A stretch of DNA of 64,000 nucleotides from Octopus vulgaris (GCA_951406725.2 OX597838.1:44764001-44828000), one strand, 5' to 3'; shown: positions 1 through 13,276, counted from the stretch's first letter. The notes: generated from the sequence alone by a model not told the origin. Program-made: numbers and translations.

Positions 1-937
1 TCAAAAATTGACGGTGACACATATAACAACTGTGCAAATACCGACCACGTAACGCATCACAGCGTTATGACTCGAACAATAACACTAACCAGCAGAGGGA
101 AAACCGCAACTACATTACTAACCAACCAACACATGATAGCCACAACAAATCAAAGAACAACACAAACACATCTAGAAAAATTAAAATAATAATAGTGTAA
201 CCACGAGCACGAATGTAAATAGAACCGGCAGGAACCGTTCGAAATGTTCTCTGGGTAACCAATGCAAGATATAAAATGTCGTGTACAAGTGCACCGCAAA
301 TAATGGAGGAGATACTTGCGTACATATATGTTCATCGGTTTCAAAAAATAAAAACCACATCGCCAGCTTTCGGAAAATTCTTGGCCGGCACGCAACATCA
401 TTAGCTGATTTCCGTTGGTGACTCAAGGAAGTGAAGGTAAAATACGACCTGATCTGGTCAATAATTAGACACGCGAGTCCCTACAATACACTATCCTGGA
501 AATACCGGCTATATTCCGAGGAATCGCTTTTAATTTTGTTGACAAAGAGCGAACTATTAATTGATTTGCGGAACGACTGTCCTGATGCAAACGGTGTACA
601 GTGAATTTGTATAGATATCTATTTGCGAGTATCAGTGTATGTGGTTGTGTGTGGGTATCAGTGTGCACGAATGTGAAAGAACGTTTGGACTTTTATTCTT
701 CCCTCCAAAACATAAAGCAAATGGAAGGAATTGCAATTAATAGCACCAAACGAAGAAAATTGATTTAACCTTGATATAAATGCCTAAATTTTGATCATAA
801 TCGTATCTTCAGTAATAATGGGTATTTCTTTGAAAATACTTTTCCCTAAACCCGCGCGCACACACGCCCCCCAAATCTATATACATATATATAAATACAA
901 ATTGCACGGGCCTTCGTTTTTGGATTCTCTACGTTGC

Positions 938-980
<43 letters not shown>

Positions 981-1046
981 TACATATATACATATATACA
1001 TGTATATATACATCCATATATATGTATATATATACATATATATATG

Positions 1047-1078
<32 letters not shown>

Positions 1079-2914
1079 AACACACATACGCGCATATATA
1101 TATATATATGTGCATATGTATACATATATATATATATATACATATATACATATAAATACATATATATATATATATATACATATATATACATACATATATA
1201 TATGTGTGTGGATTTGTGGGTTTGCGTACATATATATAGTTATGACCTTTTATGGCGTACTTTTCAGTTATCCTTGTTGCTCTGTGATATTTCTTATTCC
1301 TTATTATATATTCATGCATTTACTATTTGACAGAAAACGTGGCCATTTGTATAAACACATTCACACACGTACTCCTACTCATACTTAGTAATATATACAA
1401 ATATATATATATATATATATACATACATACACACATACATACATACATATATATATGTGTGTGTATGTACATATGTACATATGTATGTATGTATGTGTAT
1501 GTATGTATGTATGTATGTATGTATGTATGTATGTGCGTATGTATGTATGTATACATGCACATATAGATGCATATATATACATATATTGACATGACATACA
1601 AATATAGTAACTGATGGGTCTCTCTCTTTGTTCTTTTTCTATTATTTTGATTTTATATTCTATTTCAAGTGCTGTTTCAAATTTCTGGGCTAGTTCCCGT
1701 TTGTGTGTATATTGAGGAAGATCATGCAGCATGATTTCCTTTTTTGATGCCAGGTTTTTGCCCTGCCGAAATTTTACAATTTCTTCTAAATCCGCTCTCG
1801 AATTTGCCCCAGATCTTGAGGTACATTCTAAATGGCATTGCTGATTATATCTTCAAAATTTGTTCTGGCTATTACGTTGATGGCTATATACGTTGATGCG
1901 ATCACGTTGTTTGCATCCGAAGAATTGCTCGCGATGGAGGAATCCTGCGATTGCATTCTCACTTTGCACAGTGCTCTCATACAACATACATTTCTGATCA
2001 TCTTTACCATCTCTGCGATCTAAATTTTTCTCTTTTTGTGCACCTGCTGATGGATCTACATTGCAAAATTCTATATCATCTTCCACGTTATCTACATTTA
2101 CGTTACTACTACAAAATCAATATTTGCTGTTGGTTATAGTGATATTACACTCATGCTAAGTATAATATATTTAGCAAGGTCTCACAGTTCGTTGCAGTCA
2201 TTGATTCTGCTGAGAAGGTCATCAGCGTTGTCTCAAAAAGTGAGAAACTTTTCTTTATTTTACTAGGCCCTGTGGTCGCTGGAGATATTGGCAACACAAA
2301 CTGTTATGGCCGGAGTTCTTGTGATCCTTCTTGAGTGCGTAAAATCAGGTTCACCGTTTTTACTCGCGGTGTGTCGTCTTTGTTGGAGGATGTTATCCGG
2401 TGTTTCGATGTGGGCTTTAAGGCATCTTTTCCATCTTTCCCATATCTCGCGTTGTTCCTTCTTTCATATCACTAGACTGTGTTTGGCAAACTATCTACAG
2501 ACATTCTGCCAGAATTGCCTCTGGAAACGTATTTTCGCATTTCTAATACGTATTCTCAGATTTTTATAGGCCTGCAAAACCAAGTTAAATTAACCAACAC
2601 ACACACACACGTCTTCTTCAATTGGCAATAATAATAGAAAAAACAGCAAAAATATAAATAATTAGATAAATGAAAATATTATCAGCTAACATGCTGGCCA
2701 CTGTCAGAAAATTGAATACATTATTTGGGAAATCTGCACCCTTTGAAAGTTCCCGTGGCTGAAGTGTATTTTTGTGGACGAAATGTATTTTTGGAAGATA
2801 ATCACAAATAATGAAGCCTTATATAAAATTAAGAAACAATATGCTGAAAACCATTACGTTGGGGTTTTATGAATATTGGCAAATTAAGAGGCCCCCTCAG
2901 CTCTAGTTTAATCG

Positions 2915-3245
2915 ATGTCTGAATCGAGGCTTAGCGATTATGGTATTTGGCTCACAATCTCAATGTCTTGAGTTCGATTCCTGGCAGCTCTTTCTGTCCT
3001 AGATCAAGACACTATCTCACGTTGCTGCGGTTCACTGAATAGCCAAAACGGAGTTGCACTTGTCATTAATTGATTCAAAGGGCCAGTCTTTTCACATTCT
3101 GTGTGATGCGGAATTTCCCTGAGAACTATGTTAAGAACAGGTGTGTCTGTGGAGTTCTCAGCCACTTGCACGTTCATTTTCCGAACAGGCTGTTCCGTCG
3201 ATTGGATCGACTGGGTCTCTCTTCGTTGTAACCGACGGAGTGCCA
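2915..3245 (+). mobile_element. tRNA-headed SINE, family B (old, diverged copy)
   Basis: B-box-like GAGTTCGATTCC; central 'caagacactatctcacgttgctgcggttcact' and 3' 'gtaaccgacggagtgcca' match the copy at 62153-62475. Confidence 0.7.
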
Positions 3246-3534
3246 GCTAGTTTGACTTTACAAAATTAATCAATTGATCTAAGGAAATTCAAACAAATGA
3301 AAGAGCGAATACAGGAATGCCTCCAATAATGGAAGAAGATATTAAAACCAAACATGTAGGATTGTTTATAGCAATCCATCAGAACCTGTATGAGAACCGC
3401 CTGGAAATGTTCTCTTACGCAAGCCTTTTATTTTAAGGAGACCTATTTTTAAAACCGTTCATTAAAATGTCATCTCGGTTTATTATGTCGCAAGCACAAT
3501 CTTAATGAGACAGTTCTTTTTCTAAATTGTCTTT

Positions 3535-3935
3535 ATCTTTCATCTTTTACTTGTTTCAGTCATTAGATTGCGGCCATACTGGAGTACCGCCTTCAAGGTT
3601 TTCACCGAAAAGATCTCCCCTAGTAATTATATATTAATTATATATGTCTGATCGGTATTCTATTGGTCAATCCTTTTCGGACCACTAAGTTATGGTGTTG
3701 CAAACAAAGCAGGATCTGTTGTCAAGCGGATGGGCGGTGGGGGGATGGGGTCAAATACAGACGCGAAGACACACATGCACTCACATATATGCATATGTTT
3801 CAATTTCACACAATCTCTGTCTACCAAATTCACTCACATGGCATTTGTCGGCCCGGGGCTAAAGGAGGAAGACATTTGCCCAAGAAGCCGTGCAATGAGA
3901 CTGAACCGGAAACCACATAATTGCAAACGAGCTTC
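3535..3935 (-). mobile_element. SINE family A, diverged copy
   Basis: Reverse complement of family A tail (tgtttcagtcattagattgcggccatactggag) and head (gactgaaccggaaaccac). Confidence 0.75.
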
Positions 3936-4056
3936 ATAAATTTTCAAAATTAATTTCAACAAACTTAGAGTATTTGAACGGAAATACTTTAGCAAAGTGG
4001 TTAAAAAAAAAAAACCTTATAGGCGCAGGAGTGGCTGGGTAAGTAGCTTGCTTACC

Positions 4057-6046
4057 CGCACATGCGCGTTGGTGTTGCTTATTACAGAGAACCGAGGTGG
4101 ACGTGAGTGTGTTGGCTCTTGTCCAATACTGAACTGAAAGAAAACATCAGCATAAGATGGCGGTGGATTTGTTTTCGTTTGAGCTGGGTGTAATTTTTCA
4201 AATAGTAATTGTTTGTTTGTTGGTAAATTTCGCCCAGCTCCGAGGCAATTCTGCCCGCTGTCGGCGGCTGCTGCTTGTTGTTTTGTTGTATTGGGGGGAA
4301 AGGGGTGGGGGTTTATCCTCGCTCGAACTTACTGGATTTTGCCATTGAAACTTGTTGGATTACCATTGAACCTACGAAGTTGGCCAGGAGTACCTGTTGA
4401 CCATTGATGTTTGTTGTGTGAACCGGCTTTTCTTTTCTCTATCCTTCTATGTTTCTTTTTGGAACTGTTTTTGCGTTTCTTTTGGATTTTATTTTTTATT
4501 CATTTTTTGAACTGACTTATTTATTTCTTTTTGGACTTCTTGTTAACTTATTTGGACTTTCCTTCTTCTTGTGAACTGACTTTTAACATAGCAAATGCAA
4601 AAAAGTGCATTAGAGTGGGAGGTGGTCCCATCTAAGTAATGGATTACAAACCATGAGAGAAGAACGGTGGTACGACGTGATGCCATCGCCCTCCTCGACA
4701 AGGGTATCATTAATAAAGAGCTGGCAAAATATTTGCCAGCCAAAAATTATTATGTAACCAGGGGTGTCAAATACGCCACGGCGTGGCTGCTTTTTGACAC
4801 CCCTGAGGAGGCTTGCACTGTGGGAGGCTAGCCCTTGGAAGGGGAGGAGATTTTGTTTGTTCCCACATATCGTGGGAAGAAGGTAATAAAGGCCTGGGTA
4901 AGTGGTCTGCGCCCGGGCACCGAAGCGGGGTGGATTGCAGATGCCATCCGGAGGGGCCTGGGGAATAGTGGGCCCAAGCTCTTAAATATAGAGATAAAGC
5001 CTGCGGTCGACTGGGAGCAAAGGGTACAAAGGCGACTTTGACCCTATGGACTCCAGTGGCAGCGGGTGAAATGACTTTCCTTGACTCTTTGAAAATGGAT
5101 GGCTCAAGGTATCCAGTGATACTTGAGGGTCGCCCCACCCAAGTGTCACTCGTGCCTGGAGTTAGGCCACATTAAGAAGGACTGCCCCGGGGCCGTCCGC
5201 TCTCCCATTGCTGGGAGAAACAGAGGAAGTCGTTGAGGCATCGGCCTCAACGAGAATGAAAAGAAAGGTGAGCAACAATGGTTGCTCACCAACAGAGGCG
5301 CAGGTTGCGGGAGACGAGGAAGACCCCCCCCGCCGAGTGTGTCAGTGGAGGCCCCGACTCCCGCGACCGTAAGAAGGAAAAAGAGGAGGAAGAGAAACGG
5401 GAGACGGTCGGCGGATGTCGCTGTGCCGCCGACCGAACCCGATGCTACTCCAGTTGAAGGTGCACCACTGGAGCGAGAGGTTCTGTCAGTTGGAATTGTA
5501 CCACTGACAGAGCAGGCTGAGGCCCCTTCCCGTGAAGAGGAGTTGAAACCCGTCATTTTCTATCTCGGGGGAGGGCCTGTCGAGTAGTGCTTGGACGGTC
5601 TTCCAGGCCGAGAACAATTGTCTAGGCTGGCCTCCGCAGGTGGCTGCAGAGGTCGTGAGTCAGAAGGAGCTGTTCCAGGTCTTGGTGACCTGTAATAAGG
5701 AAGATTTTACTTTCCTCTTTCCGGGCCCCTACCTGCAGGCGGCGGGTCATTTGCTTGGGGCTCCGATGAGGAGGATTGATCTTATAGATTGTGTGTATAT
5801 TGAACAATTTATTGTATATATTTGTATACTGTTAAGGACTGTTAAGTCCAATAATCGTAAAAACTGTCGTTGCTGCTTGAAAAAAAAGAACAATGTTTTA
5901 GAGAAGCAGAAAATCGGCGGACGTTTTCTGCCTTCTCTCATCAATATCATCCTTGTTTCATCATTCACCTCATCAATGTACATGTCCAGCCTGCAAGCTA
6001 CTCTTTGTAATGCCTTTATGGCAAATCTTAATGAAATAATGAAATA
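4057..6046 (+). mobile_element. ORF1-only non-LTR retroelement (HAL1-like; L1/Tx1-type ORF1), copy 1
   Basis: Bounded by a 16-bp TSD; ~540-nt 5' leader; degenerate ORF1; 3' hairpin; A-rich tail 'aatgaaataatgaaata'; no EN or RT sequence seen. Confidence 0.8.
4595..5779 (+). pseudogene. Disrupted LINE ORF1 (gag-like) with CCHC zinc knuckle
   Basis: Reads ...YYVTRGVKY...EEILFVPTYRGKK...GWIADAIRRG...YPVILEGRP/KCHSCLELGHIKKDCP (CX2CX4HX4C), then basic KKRRKRN; contains stops and frameshifts. Confidence 0.75.
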
Positions 6047-6861
6047 AAGTAGCTTGCTTACCAACCACATGGTTCCGAGTTCCGTCTCACTGTGTGGCAC
6101 CTTGGGCATGTGTCTTCTACTATAACCTCGGGCCGACCAAAGCCTTGTTAAAGGATTTGATAGACGGAAACTGAAAGAAGCTTTCGTATATATGTATACA
6201 TATGTATGTGTGTGTATATGTTTGTGTGTCTGTGTTTGTACCCCCAACATCGCTTGACAACCGATGCTGGTGTGTTTACGTCCCCGTAACTTAGCGGTTC
6301 GGCAAAAAAGACCTATAGAATAAGTACTAGGCTTAGAAAGAATAAGGGATGGAGTCGGTCTGCTCAACTAAAGGTTGTGCTCTTGCATGGCCGCAGTGAA
6401 ATAACTGAAACAAGTAAAATAGTAAAAGAGTATCGAAAATAATGAATTAATAAATGAACGAATGGCTGAATGATGGAATGATAGAATGATAGAATGATAG
6501 AATGATAGAATAGACGGAGATGTCGTTGATTGATGTTATAAGTTAAACATCTAAGTTCAAATAATACAAACTATCAAAATTAGCGAATCAACAAATCGAA
6601 TAGAATGAATGCTGGAATAAAGAATACGTAACCGAGGATTCATAGAACAAGTAAATTAAATGACACTTTACACGCTGGTCATCGCAGAGAAACCTTGGAG
6701 AAAACGATTCATAGCACAACTAAAAATGTATGGAAAAAGAACACCCAAAAATCTACACCACGCATCGGAAACTACGAAGAAAGCCAATAGCTTCGATGGA
6801 GCTGTTATCATATATATATAAGGCGGTGCTCTTTGACTGAAACAAGTAAAAGAATATATAC

Positions 6862-6915
<54 letters not shown>

Positions 6916-6947
6916 GTATGTATGCATACAGCATGAAGTATAAATGT

Positions 6948-7165
6948 TTTCTTTTATTCTTTTATTTGTTTCAGTTATTTCACTGCGGCCATGCTGGAGC
7001 ACCGCCGTTACATGAGCAAATCGACCACCAGGACTTATTCTTTGTAAGCCTAGTACTTATTCCATCGGTCTAATTTTCTGAACCGTTAAGTTACAGGGAT
7101 GTAACACACCAGCATCGGTCGTCAAGCGATGTTGGGGGGGACAAACACAGACACACAAACATATA
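6948..7165 (-). mobile_element. SINE family A, 3' half (ends at the internal microsatellite)
   Basis: Reverse complement matches the family A segment from 'gtgtctgtgtttgtcccccc' to 'ggcggtgctccagcatggccgcagt...gaaacaa'. Confidence 0.85.
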
Positions 7166-7177
7166 CACACACACACA

Positions 7178-7226
<49 letters not shown>

Positions 7227-7258
7227 GCATGTGTGTGTGTGTGTATGTTTAAATAAAA

Positions 7259-9522
7259 ATAAAAATTATCAATCTAACTCACAAGGAACTAACAGCAAAC
7301 CAAATAAACATACTTTCCAAAGGACTCAAGTTTACACCCACCCCACAACACCCCAACTACAATGAAATGAAAGAAGACATCGCAGAATTCTGCAGAAAAT
7401 TAAGACTTACTGAGGAGCTATACGATAAATACAACGAGGACGAATCGTTAGCCAGAAATAGGAGTAACTACACCCCCTCGAAAGGTAAGAACAAAACACT
7501 TCATGATTTCTGTGACCACATATCAAATTACCCATATCAACATATGCACAAACAAAAACACAAAACAAACTTCAGCAAAAAAGAATGGGCTGAGTTGAAC
7601 AAATTAAAACAAGATAAAACAATAACAATCAAAGAGGCCGATAAAGGGAGTGCTGTTGTCTTAATGGATACGACATTTTACATAACTTTGGTACTTTCTA
7701 TGCTGGAAGACACAACATACTATGAAAAGGCACAAAACTACAGTCAACAAAAAATAATGAAGGAACTAAAATCCATAATAAACCCATACAAAGCAGGGCT
7801 CACCGACAAAGAATATGATTATATGACCAATTTCACAAGTAAAACCAGCCAATTCTACGGTATGCCTAAGATCCACAAAAGTGAAAAAATAAGCAACGCA
7901 TGCAAGATAGCTACAGACAAAATAATTAAAGTCCCTAATCCTAATGACCTCAAATTGAGACCCATAATAGCAGGTCCCGCATGCGAAACCCACCGCCTCA
8001 GTAACTTTTTAGACACCCTGTTAAAACCACTCCTCAAACATGTCAAAAGCTATATAAGGGACGACTTAGATATGCTCAATCACCTACCGAATACTATAAA
8101 CAAAAACACCATACTGGTATCCTTCGATGTAGTCAACCTCTACTCCAATATCCCCACACAACCTAGGAATAGAGGCAATCCAATTCTGGCTAGAGAATCA
8201 CGCCAACGAACTACCACACCGCATCAAAAAAGAATTCGTGATAGAAGGGGTTAAATTCATCCTGGAAAATAACTTCTTCGCCTTCAATGACAACTTCTAC
8301 CGACAAAAATCGGGGACTGCGATGGGTACACGAATGGCCCCCTCCTTTGCCAACCTAGTCATAGGATATCTAGAGATCAGTCTGTATCGTAAGGTTTTAG
8401 AAAGATATGGCAGCCCTTTCTCCATCTACATAGAAAACAACTGGAAGAGATATCTAGATGACTGTTTCATTCTTTGGCATAAAAATATAGAAAAACTCAT
8501 AGAATTCCAGGAAATTTTAAACGGACTGGACGTAAACATCCAATTCACGATGGAATATAGCCAGCAACAACTCCCCTTCTCGATATCCTCATTAAGAAAG
8601 CTAATAATATAATAGAAACAGACATATATTATAAACCTACAGACTCTAAGCAATATCTTCCATTCAATTCATGCCACCCCAGACACACCAGGATGAATAT
8701 CCCCTTCAATCTAGCAAAAAGGATATGCACTATAGTCTCTAACGCAAACACCAGAGACACACGACTATAAGAACTAAAAGATACCCTTATCACCAGGAAC
8801 TATTCAACCTTCACTTATTGACAAGTGCATTCAACGTGCCCTTCAACTTAACATCAAGGAACTGAGACATCCCAAAATCAAAGAAAAACTTACAACCAAA
8901 AGCCTTACCATACATCTCCACACACAACCCTCTCAATAACGAAGCCTTCGGCACCATCCTCCACAATATACCCCTCCTAAAAAAAGACCACAGAATGAAC
9001 ACAATCCTCCAAACACACACGATCATAAAAAGCAAGAGACAGCCTAGATCCATGAAAAGTCTCCTAACACAAGCCCGAATTCACTCTTCAACACAGAAGC
9101 CGACAGTAAAAAAATGTGGAAGACCCAATTGCGGGATATGCGACTATCTAATTGAGGGATCAGAGTTCTCCTTCAAACAGGGACAACGGTTTACAGTGAA
9201 AAGCAACTTCACATGTGCTTCGGAGAACCTAATATACTCACTAACCTGCTCCGGGTGTCAAGAGCAGTACATAGGCCAAACAAAAAATAGTTTGCGTAAA
9301 CGAATGGCCCTGCACAGATCCCAGATAAAATTTCCCCAAAACAGAAAAATAGCTTTTAGCCAACACATAGATACTTGCGCCAACAAAAAAACACCAAGCT
9401 TCAGGATTTTCCCCCTCTACCAATTTAGGGACGATACAACCTCGAGACAACGAATAAGTAAAGAAAACCTCTTTATTACAAAATACAGGCCACTTCTTAA
9501 CGGGTCTACGACAAACAATTAA
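7259..9522 (+). pseudogene. PLE reverse transcriptase-GIY-YIG endonuclease ORF, frameshifted (~8155, ~8580, ~8810; stop ~8768)
   Basis: IINLT..LSKGLKFTPTP, EADKG, FYGMPKIHK, LRPII, SFDVVNLYSNIP, GTAMG, RYLDD, IYYKPT, Cys linker CGRPNCGIC, NLIYSLTC...YIGQT...RMALH. Confidence 0.92.
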
Positions 9523-10240
9523 TATACCTCAACTTTAGAATAAAAGAAATATACACACACAAATATTACATTCCATAGAATCCATTACTAATCAGCCCCA
9601 TCACAGCTATACTCCATAACATGCCTACTTCAAGTCATACAACACCTCACTACTTTCACCCATTCATATTCTCTCTTCTCTGTTTTTTCTTCTTCTTCCT
9701 CTTCTTCTTCATCATCATCATTATCATCATCGTCGTCATCATCATCACCACCTCCATCATCATCATCATCTTCTCCTTCTCCTTCTTCTTCTTCTTCTTT
9801 TTCTTCTTCTTCATCACCATCATCATCAACATCGTCATCTTTTTCTTCTTCTTCTTCTTCTTCTTCTTCTTCTTCTTCTTCTTTTACTTCTCCACCTTCT
9901 ACCCCTTAACCTTGTCATTAATGTTTTTTAGTATAACACCTACGCAAATTCCATAAACAAGCCTTTCAATAGAAATATTCTCCTGATTTGAACTGCGACT
10001 GCTAGCCGCCACTGACCATTCAAAATACGACCATCAGGGCACTCCCAGATTTTCCCACCTCCTCTCCTCATCAGCCTTCTTCTTCTTCTACCCTACCAAG
10101 AACTCACAACGACCTCCAACACACAAGTGCAAACAAGGGAGTCAGAGAAAGGCAGAATGCCACTTATATCTAAACACTACTATAGAAATATTCCTTTAAA
10201 AAAAATTTTCTTCTAATTTTTCTAAATTTAATTATTTAAT

Positions 10241-10288
10241 CGTTACAGTTGAAAAGGTCTCAAAATGACCGAAACCGGTACTGAAATG
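10241..10288 (+). ncRNA. Type I hammerhead ribozyme, C3U/G8A core variant
   Basis: cag-TTGAAAA-ggtc(tcaaaat)gacc-GAAAC-cg-GTA-ctg; palindromic stem III ACCGGT. Confidence 0.7.
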
Positions 10289-10360
10289 TTCACTATAAAA
10301 TTATTTTAGCATTTTATATATATAACCAGAGATGCTTTGTCAGTGATTTTTGACTTGTTT

Positions 10361-10432
<72 letters not shown>

Positions 10433-10716
10433 ATGAAGGGTGAAATTAATTAATTTGGAATAATTATCAATTACACCAAGTAGTCTTCGGCATGTAAAAG
10501 CCTCATTCGAGGAAAATTTAAGTAATACTAAGCAATAAAGGGTTTAGCAACGAATTGCCTTACCACAGACCGAATTTAGAAATAGCAGTCAAAGAGTTAT
10601 AGCTATTTCTTCTACTAAAAAGGGAGATCTCAGTAAAAAACACAGCAATTGGAAGGCAGACACAAACAGGTAAGAGAGAATTAATTGACGGCAATCCATC
10701 ATACAATTTTAAGTTA

Positions 10717-10816
10717 TCTACGGACGCACGTTTCGAAATCAAGTTTTTAGGAAAGCATGAGAATTAAATATTAAATAATTCTACGTTACCCAAACTTCTT
10801 TTCTCTTCAGCGTAGA
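10717..10816 (-). ncRNA. Type I hammerhead ribozyme (monomer copy)
   Basis: Reverse complement of the motif at 11334-11433. Confidence 0.85.
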
Positions 10817-11333
10817 ATACTATAATCATAAGTGATTATATATTGAATTTTGAGATACTAGAAGGCACCAACTCAACTCAGTATCAGAGCGAGCTAGAAT
10901 CCGCAACTAGTATCACCAAACTCAAAGTGTGAATGAAAGGATTGTGTCACCAGCCCCTTCCCACCCGCGTGTAGCCAAAACAAGATGCTATGGTCATCTA
11001 CTGAGATAAAATATGGTTATCCGTAATAATGAAGGGTGAAATTAATTAATTTGGAATAATTATCAATTACACCAAGTAGTCTTCGGCATGTAAAAGCCTC
11101 ATTCGAGGAAAATTTAAGTAATACTAAGCAATAAAGGGTTTAGCAACGAATTGCCTTACCACAGACCGAATTTAGCTACACGCGGGTGGGAAGGGGCTGG
11201 TGACACAATCCTTTCATTCACACTTTGAGTTTGGTGATACTAGTTGCGGATTCTAGCTCGCTCTGATACTGAGTTGAGTTGGTGCCTTCTAGTATCTCAA
11301 AATTCAATATATAATCACTTATGATTATAGTAT

Positions 11334-11433
11334 TCTACGCTGAAGAGAAAAGAAGTTTGGGTAACGTAGAATTATTTAATATTTAATTCTCATGCTTTCC
11401 TAAAAACTTGATTTCGAAACGTGCGTCCGTAGA
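11334..11433 (+). ncRNA. Type I hammerhead ribozyme
   Basis: tctacg-CTGAAGA-gaaa...tttc-GAAAC-gtgc-GTC-cgtaga; 6-bp stem I, long stem II, predicted cut after C11427. Confidence 0.88.
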
Positions 11434-11928
11434 TAACTTAAAATTGTATGATAGATTGCCGTCAATTCATTCTCTCTTACCTGTTTGTGTCTGCCTTCCA
11501 ATTGCTGTGTTTTTTACTGAGATCTCCTTTTTAGTAGAAGAAATAGCTATAACTCTTTGACTGCTATTTCTAAATTCGGTCTGTGGTAAGGCAATTCGTT
11601 GCTAAACCCTTTATTGCTTAGTATTACTTAAATTTTCCTCGAATGAGGCTTTTACATGCCGAAGACTACTTGGTGTAATTGATAATTATTCCAAATTAAT
11701 TAATTTCACCCTTCATTATTACGGATAACCATATTTTATCTCAGTAGATGACCATAGCATCTTGTTTTGGCTACACGCGGGTGGGAAGGGGCTGGTGACA
11801 CAATCCTTTCATTCACATTTTGAGTTTGGTGATACTAGTTGCGGATTCTAGCTCGCTCTGATACTGAGTTGAGTTGGTGCCTTCTAGTATCTCAAAATTC
11901 AATATATAATCACTTATGATTATAGTAT

Positions 11929-12028
11929 TCTACGCTGAAGAGAAAAGAAGTTTGGGTAACGTAGAATTATTTAATATTTAATTCTCATGCTTTCCTAAAA
12001 ACTTGATTTCGAAACGTGCGTCCGTAGA
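11929..12028 (+). ncRNA. Type I hammerhead ribozyme (next monomer)
   Basis: Same motif 595 nt downstream; predicted cut after C12022. Confidence 0.88.
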
Positions 12029-12258
12029 TAACTTAAAATTGTATGATAGATTGCCGTCAATTAATTCTCTCTTACCTGTTTGTGTCTGCCTTCCAATTGC
12101 TGTGTTTTTTACTGAGATCTCCCTTTTTAGTAGAAGAAATAGCTATAACTCTTTGACTGCTATTTCTAAATTCGGTCTGTGGTAAGGCAATTCGTTGCTA
12201 AACCCTTTATTGCTTAGTATATATATATATATATATATATATATGCATATATATATAT

Positions 12259-12323
<65 letters not shown>

Positions 12324-12489
12324 TACGACAGGCTTCTTTCAGTTTCCGTCTACCAAATCCACTCACAAGGCATTGGTCGGCCCGGGGCTATAGCAGAAGA
12401 CACTTGCCCAAGATTACACGCAGTGGGACTGAACCCGGAACCATGTGGTTGGTTAGCAAGCTACTTACCACACAGCCACTCCTGCGCCT
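12324..12489 (-). mobile_element. SINE family A, 5' half (tRNA-like head)
   Basis: Reverse complement has A box TGGCTGTGTGG and B box GGTTCAGTCCC; uninterrupted at the site used by the ORF1-only elements. Confidence 0.9.
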
Positions 12490-12493
12490 ACAT

Positions 12494-12631
12494 ATGAACG
12501 GCAACGTGAAACTCAGAGTAACAGGTTTTGTAGAATTTTCTGCTGCTTTAAATAAAGCATATTACTCTACCACTGGTATTTGAGTACTCTTTTTTTCCAC
12601 CTTGTTTCACATTTATGTGCTTACTCCGGTA
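12494..12631 (+). mobile_element. Truncated copy of the HHR element seen at 16655-16904
   Basis: atga-acg(gcaa)cgt-GAAAC-tcaga-GTA-acag followed by the same 3' flank ending 'gtgcttactccggta'. Confidence 0.75.
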
Positions 12632-12711
<80 letters not shown>

Positions 12712-13149
12712 AATTGAGATAGGGGTTGTAAATGCAACCCTCTATGGGATAACGTATATCCAATATACTGTTAATGAAGTACCCAACAAAGTTAATACAT
12801 AAATGTTAATGATTGCGATGCAATCAATTCATTCAGTGTATTATATGGGCAAAGGTAAAATGATTTACCACAAATACAAGATAAGAAAATGGTTGCTCAC
12901 CATACAAGATAAGAAAATGGAGAAATACATCTAAATCAAATGTCAATTACCAGATAATACTCAATCACATACTTTATTAAACCACCACATAAGAGACTGT
13001 AGGGTTAAATATAAAAAGCAGAACAAATCAGTGTACATAAAGGAATGTACATAAAAAAGTGTACATAAAAGAGTAATGTTGTATAATAAGTAGAATATAT
13101 ATAAAAGAGAATATAAATACAAGTAAATATAAATATAAGTATAAATTAG

Positions 13150-13276
13150 ATCTTACAGCTGTTTCGGCCATGTCGATAATTATGTCTCATTTTACCAATA
13201 TTAGCCCTTTATGGTTGGTCAATATATAGATATAAATGAGACATTAACAAAAATATCACAAGGCCTCTTCGGAGAT
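13150..13276 (-). ncRNA. Type I hammerhead ribozyme (U4C core) in an AT-rich PLE-terminus-like element (~12710-13290)
   Basis: atct-CCGAAGA-ggcc...ggcc-GAAAC-agct-GTA-agat; palindromic ACAGCTGT; extended stem II (aatgtctcattt/aaatgagacat). Confidence 0.75.

Larger units (their letters stand above)
4021..6432 (+). mobile_element. SINE family A split by an insertion: head 4021-4056, remainder 6047-6432
   Basis: The two parts rejoin to match the intact copy at 42992-43398; 16-bp duplication aagtagcttgcttacc at 4041-4056 and 6047-6062. Confidence 0.9.
7245..10366 (+). mobile_element. Penelope-like retroelement (RT + GIY-YIG), 5'-truncated, with 3' hammerhead-bearing terminus
   Basis: ORF motifs listed in next feature; flanked by TA/TG microsatellite on both sides; HHR at 10241-10288. 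Confidence 0.92.
10428..12220. mobile_element. Non-coding 595-596 bp monomer repeat: ~1.25 copies forward, then ~1.75 copies inverted; retrozyme/PLE-terminus-like
   Basis: 'taatgaagggtgaaattaatt' recurs at 10431 and 11027; orientation switches at ~11175; 'ctacacgcgggtgggaagggg' recurs at 11176 and 11771; flanked by (TA)n. Confidence 0.9.

Noticed and set aside
110-426. Short hydrophobic minus-strand ORFs at the window start
   Set aside because: Three overlapping frames with no recognisable motif or splice support.
791-1732. Many overlapping YI/HT/CV-rich ORFs (also ~29.2-32.9, 35-38, 54-56 and 58-59 kb)
   Set aside because: Translations of (TA)n, (CA)n, (TATG)n, (GATA)n and trinucleotide microsatellites.
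1620-2086. Protein-like minus-strand frame (MEDDIEF...QNKF*RYNQQ...KEQRERP)
   Set aside because: In-frame stop, no recognisable domain, and it runs into microsatellite; not supportable as a CDS.
10560-12185. Duplicated 60-aa ORF MISKRASVDNLK...
   Set aside because: Starts at TTG within the hammerhead and is duplicated only because the non-coding monomer is repeated.
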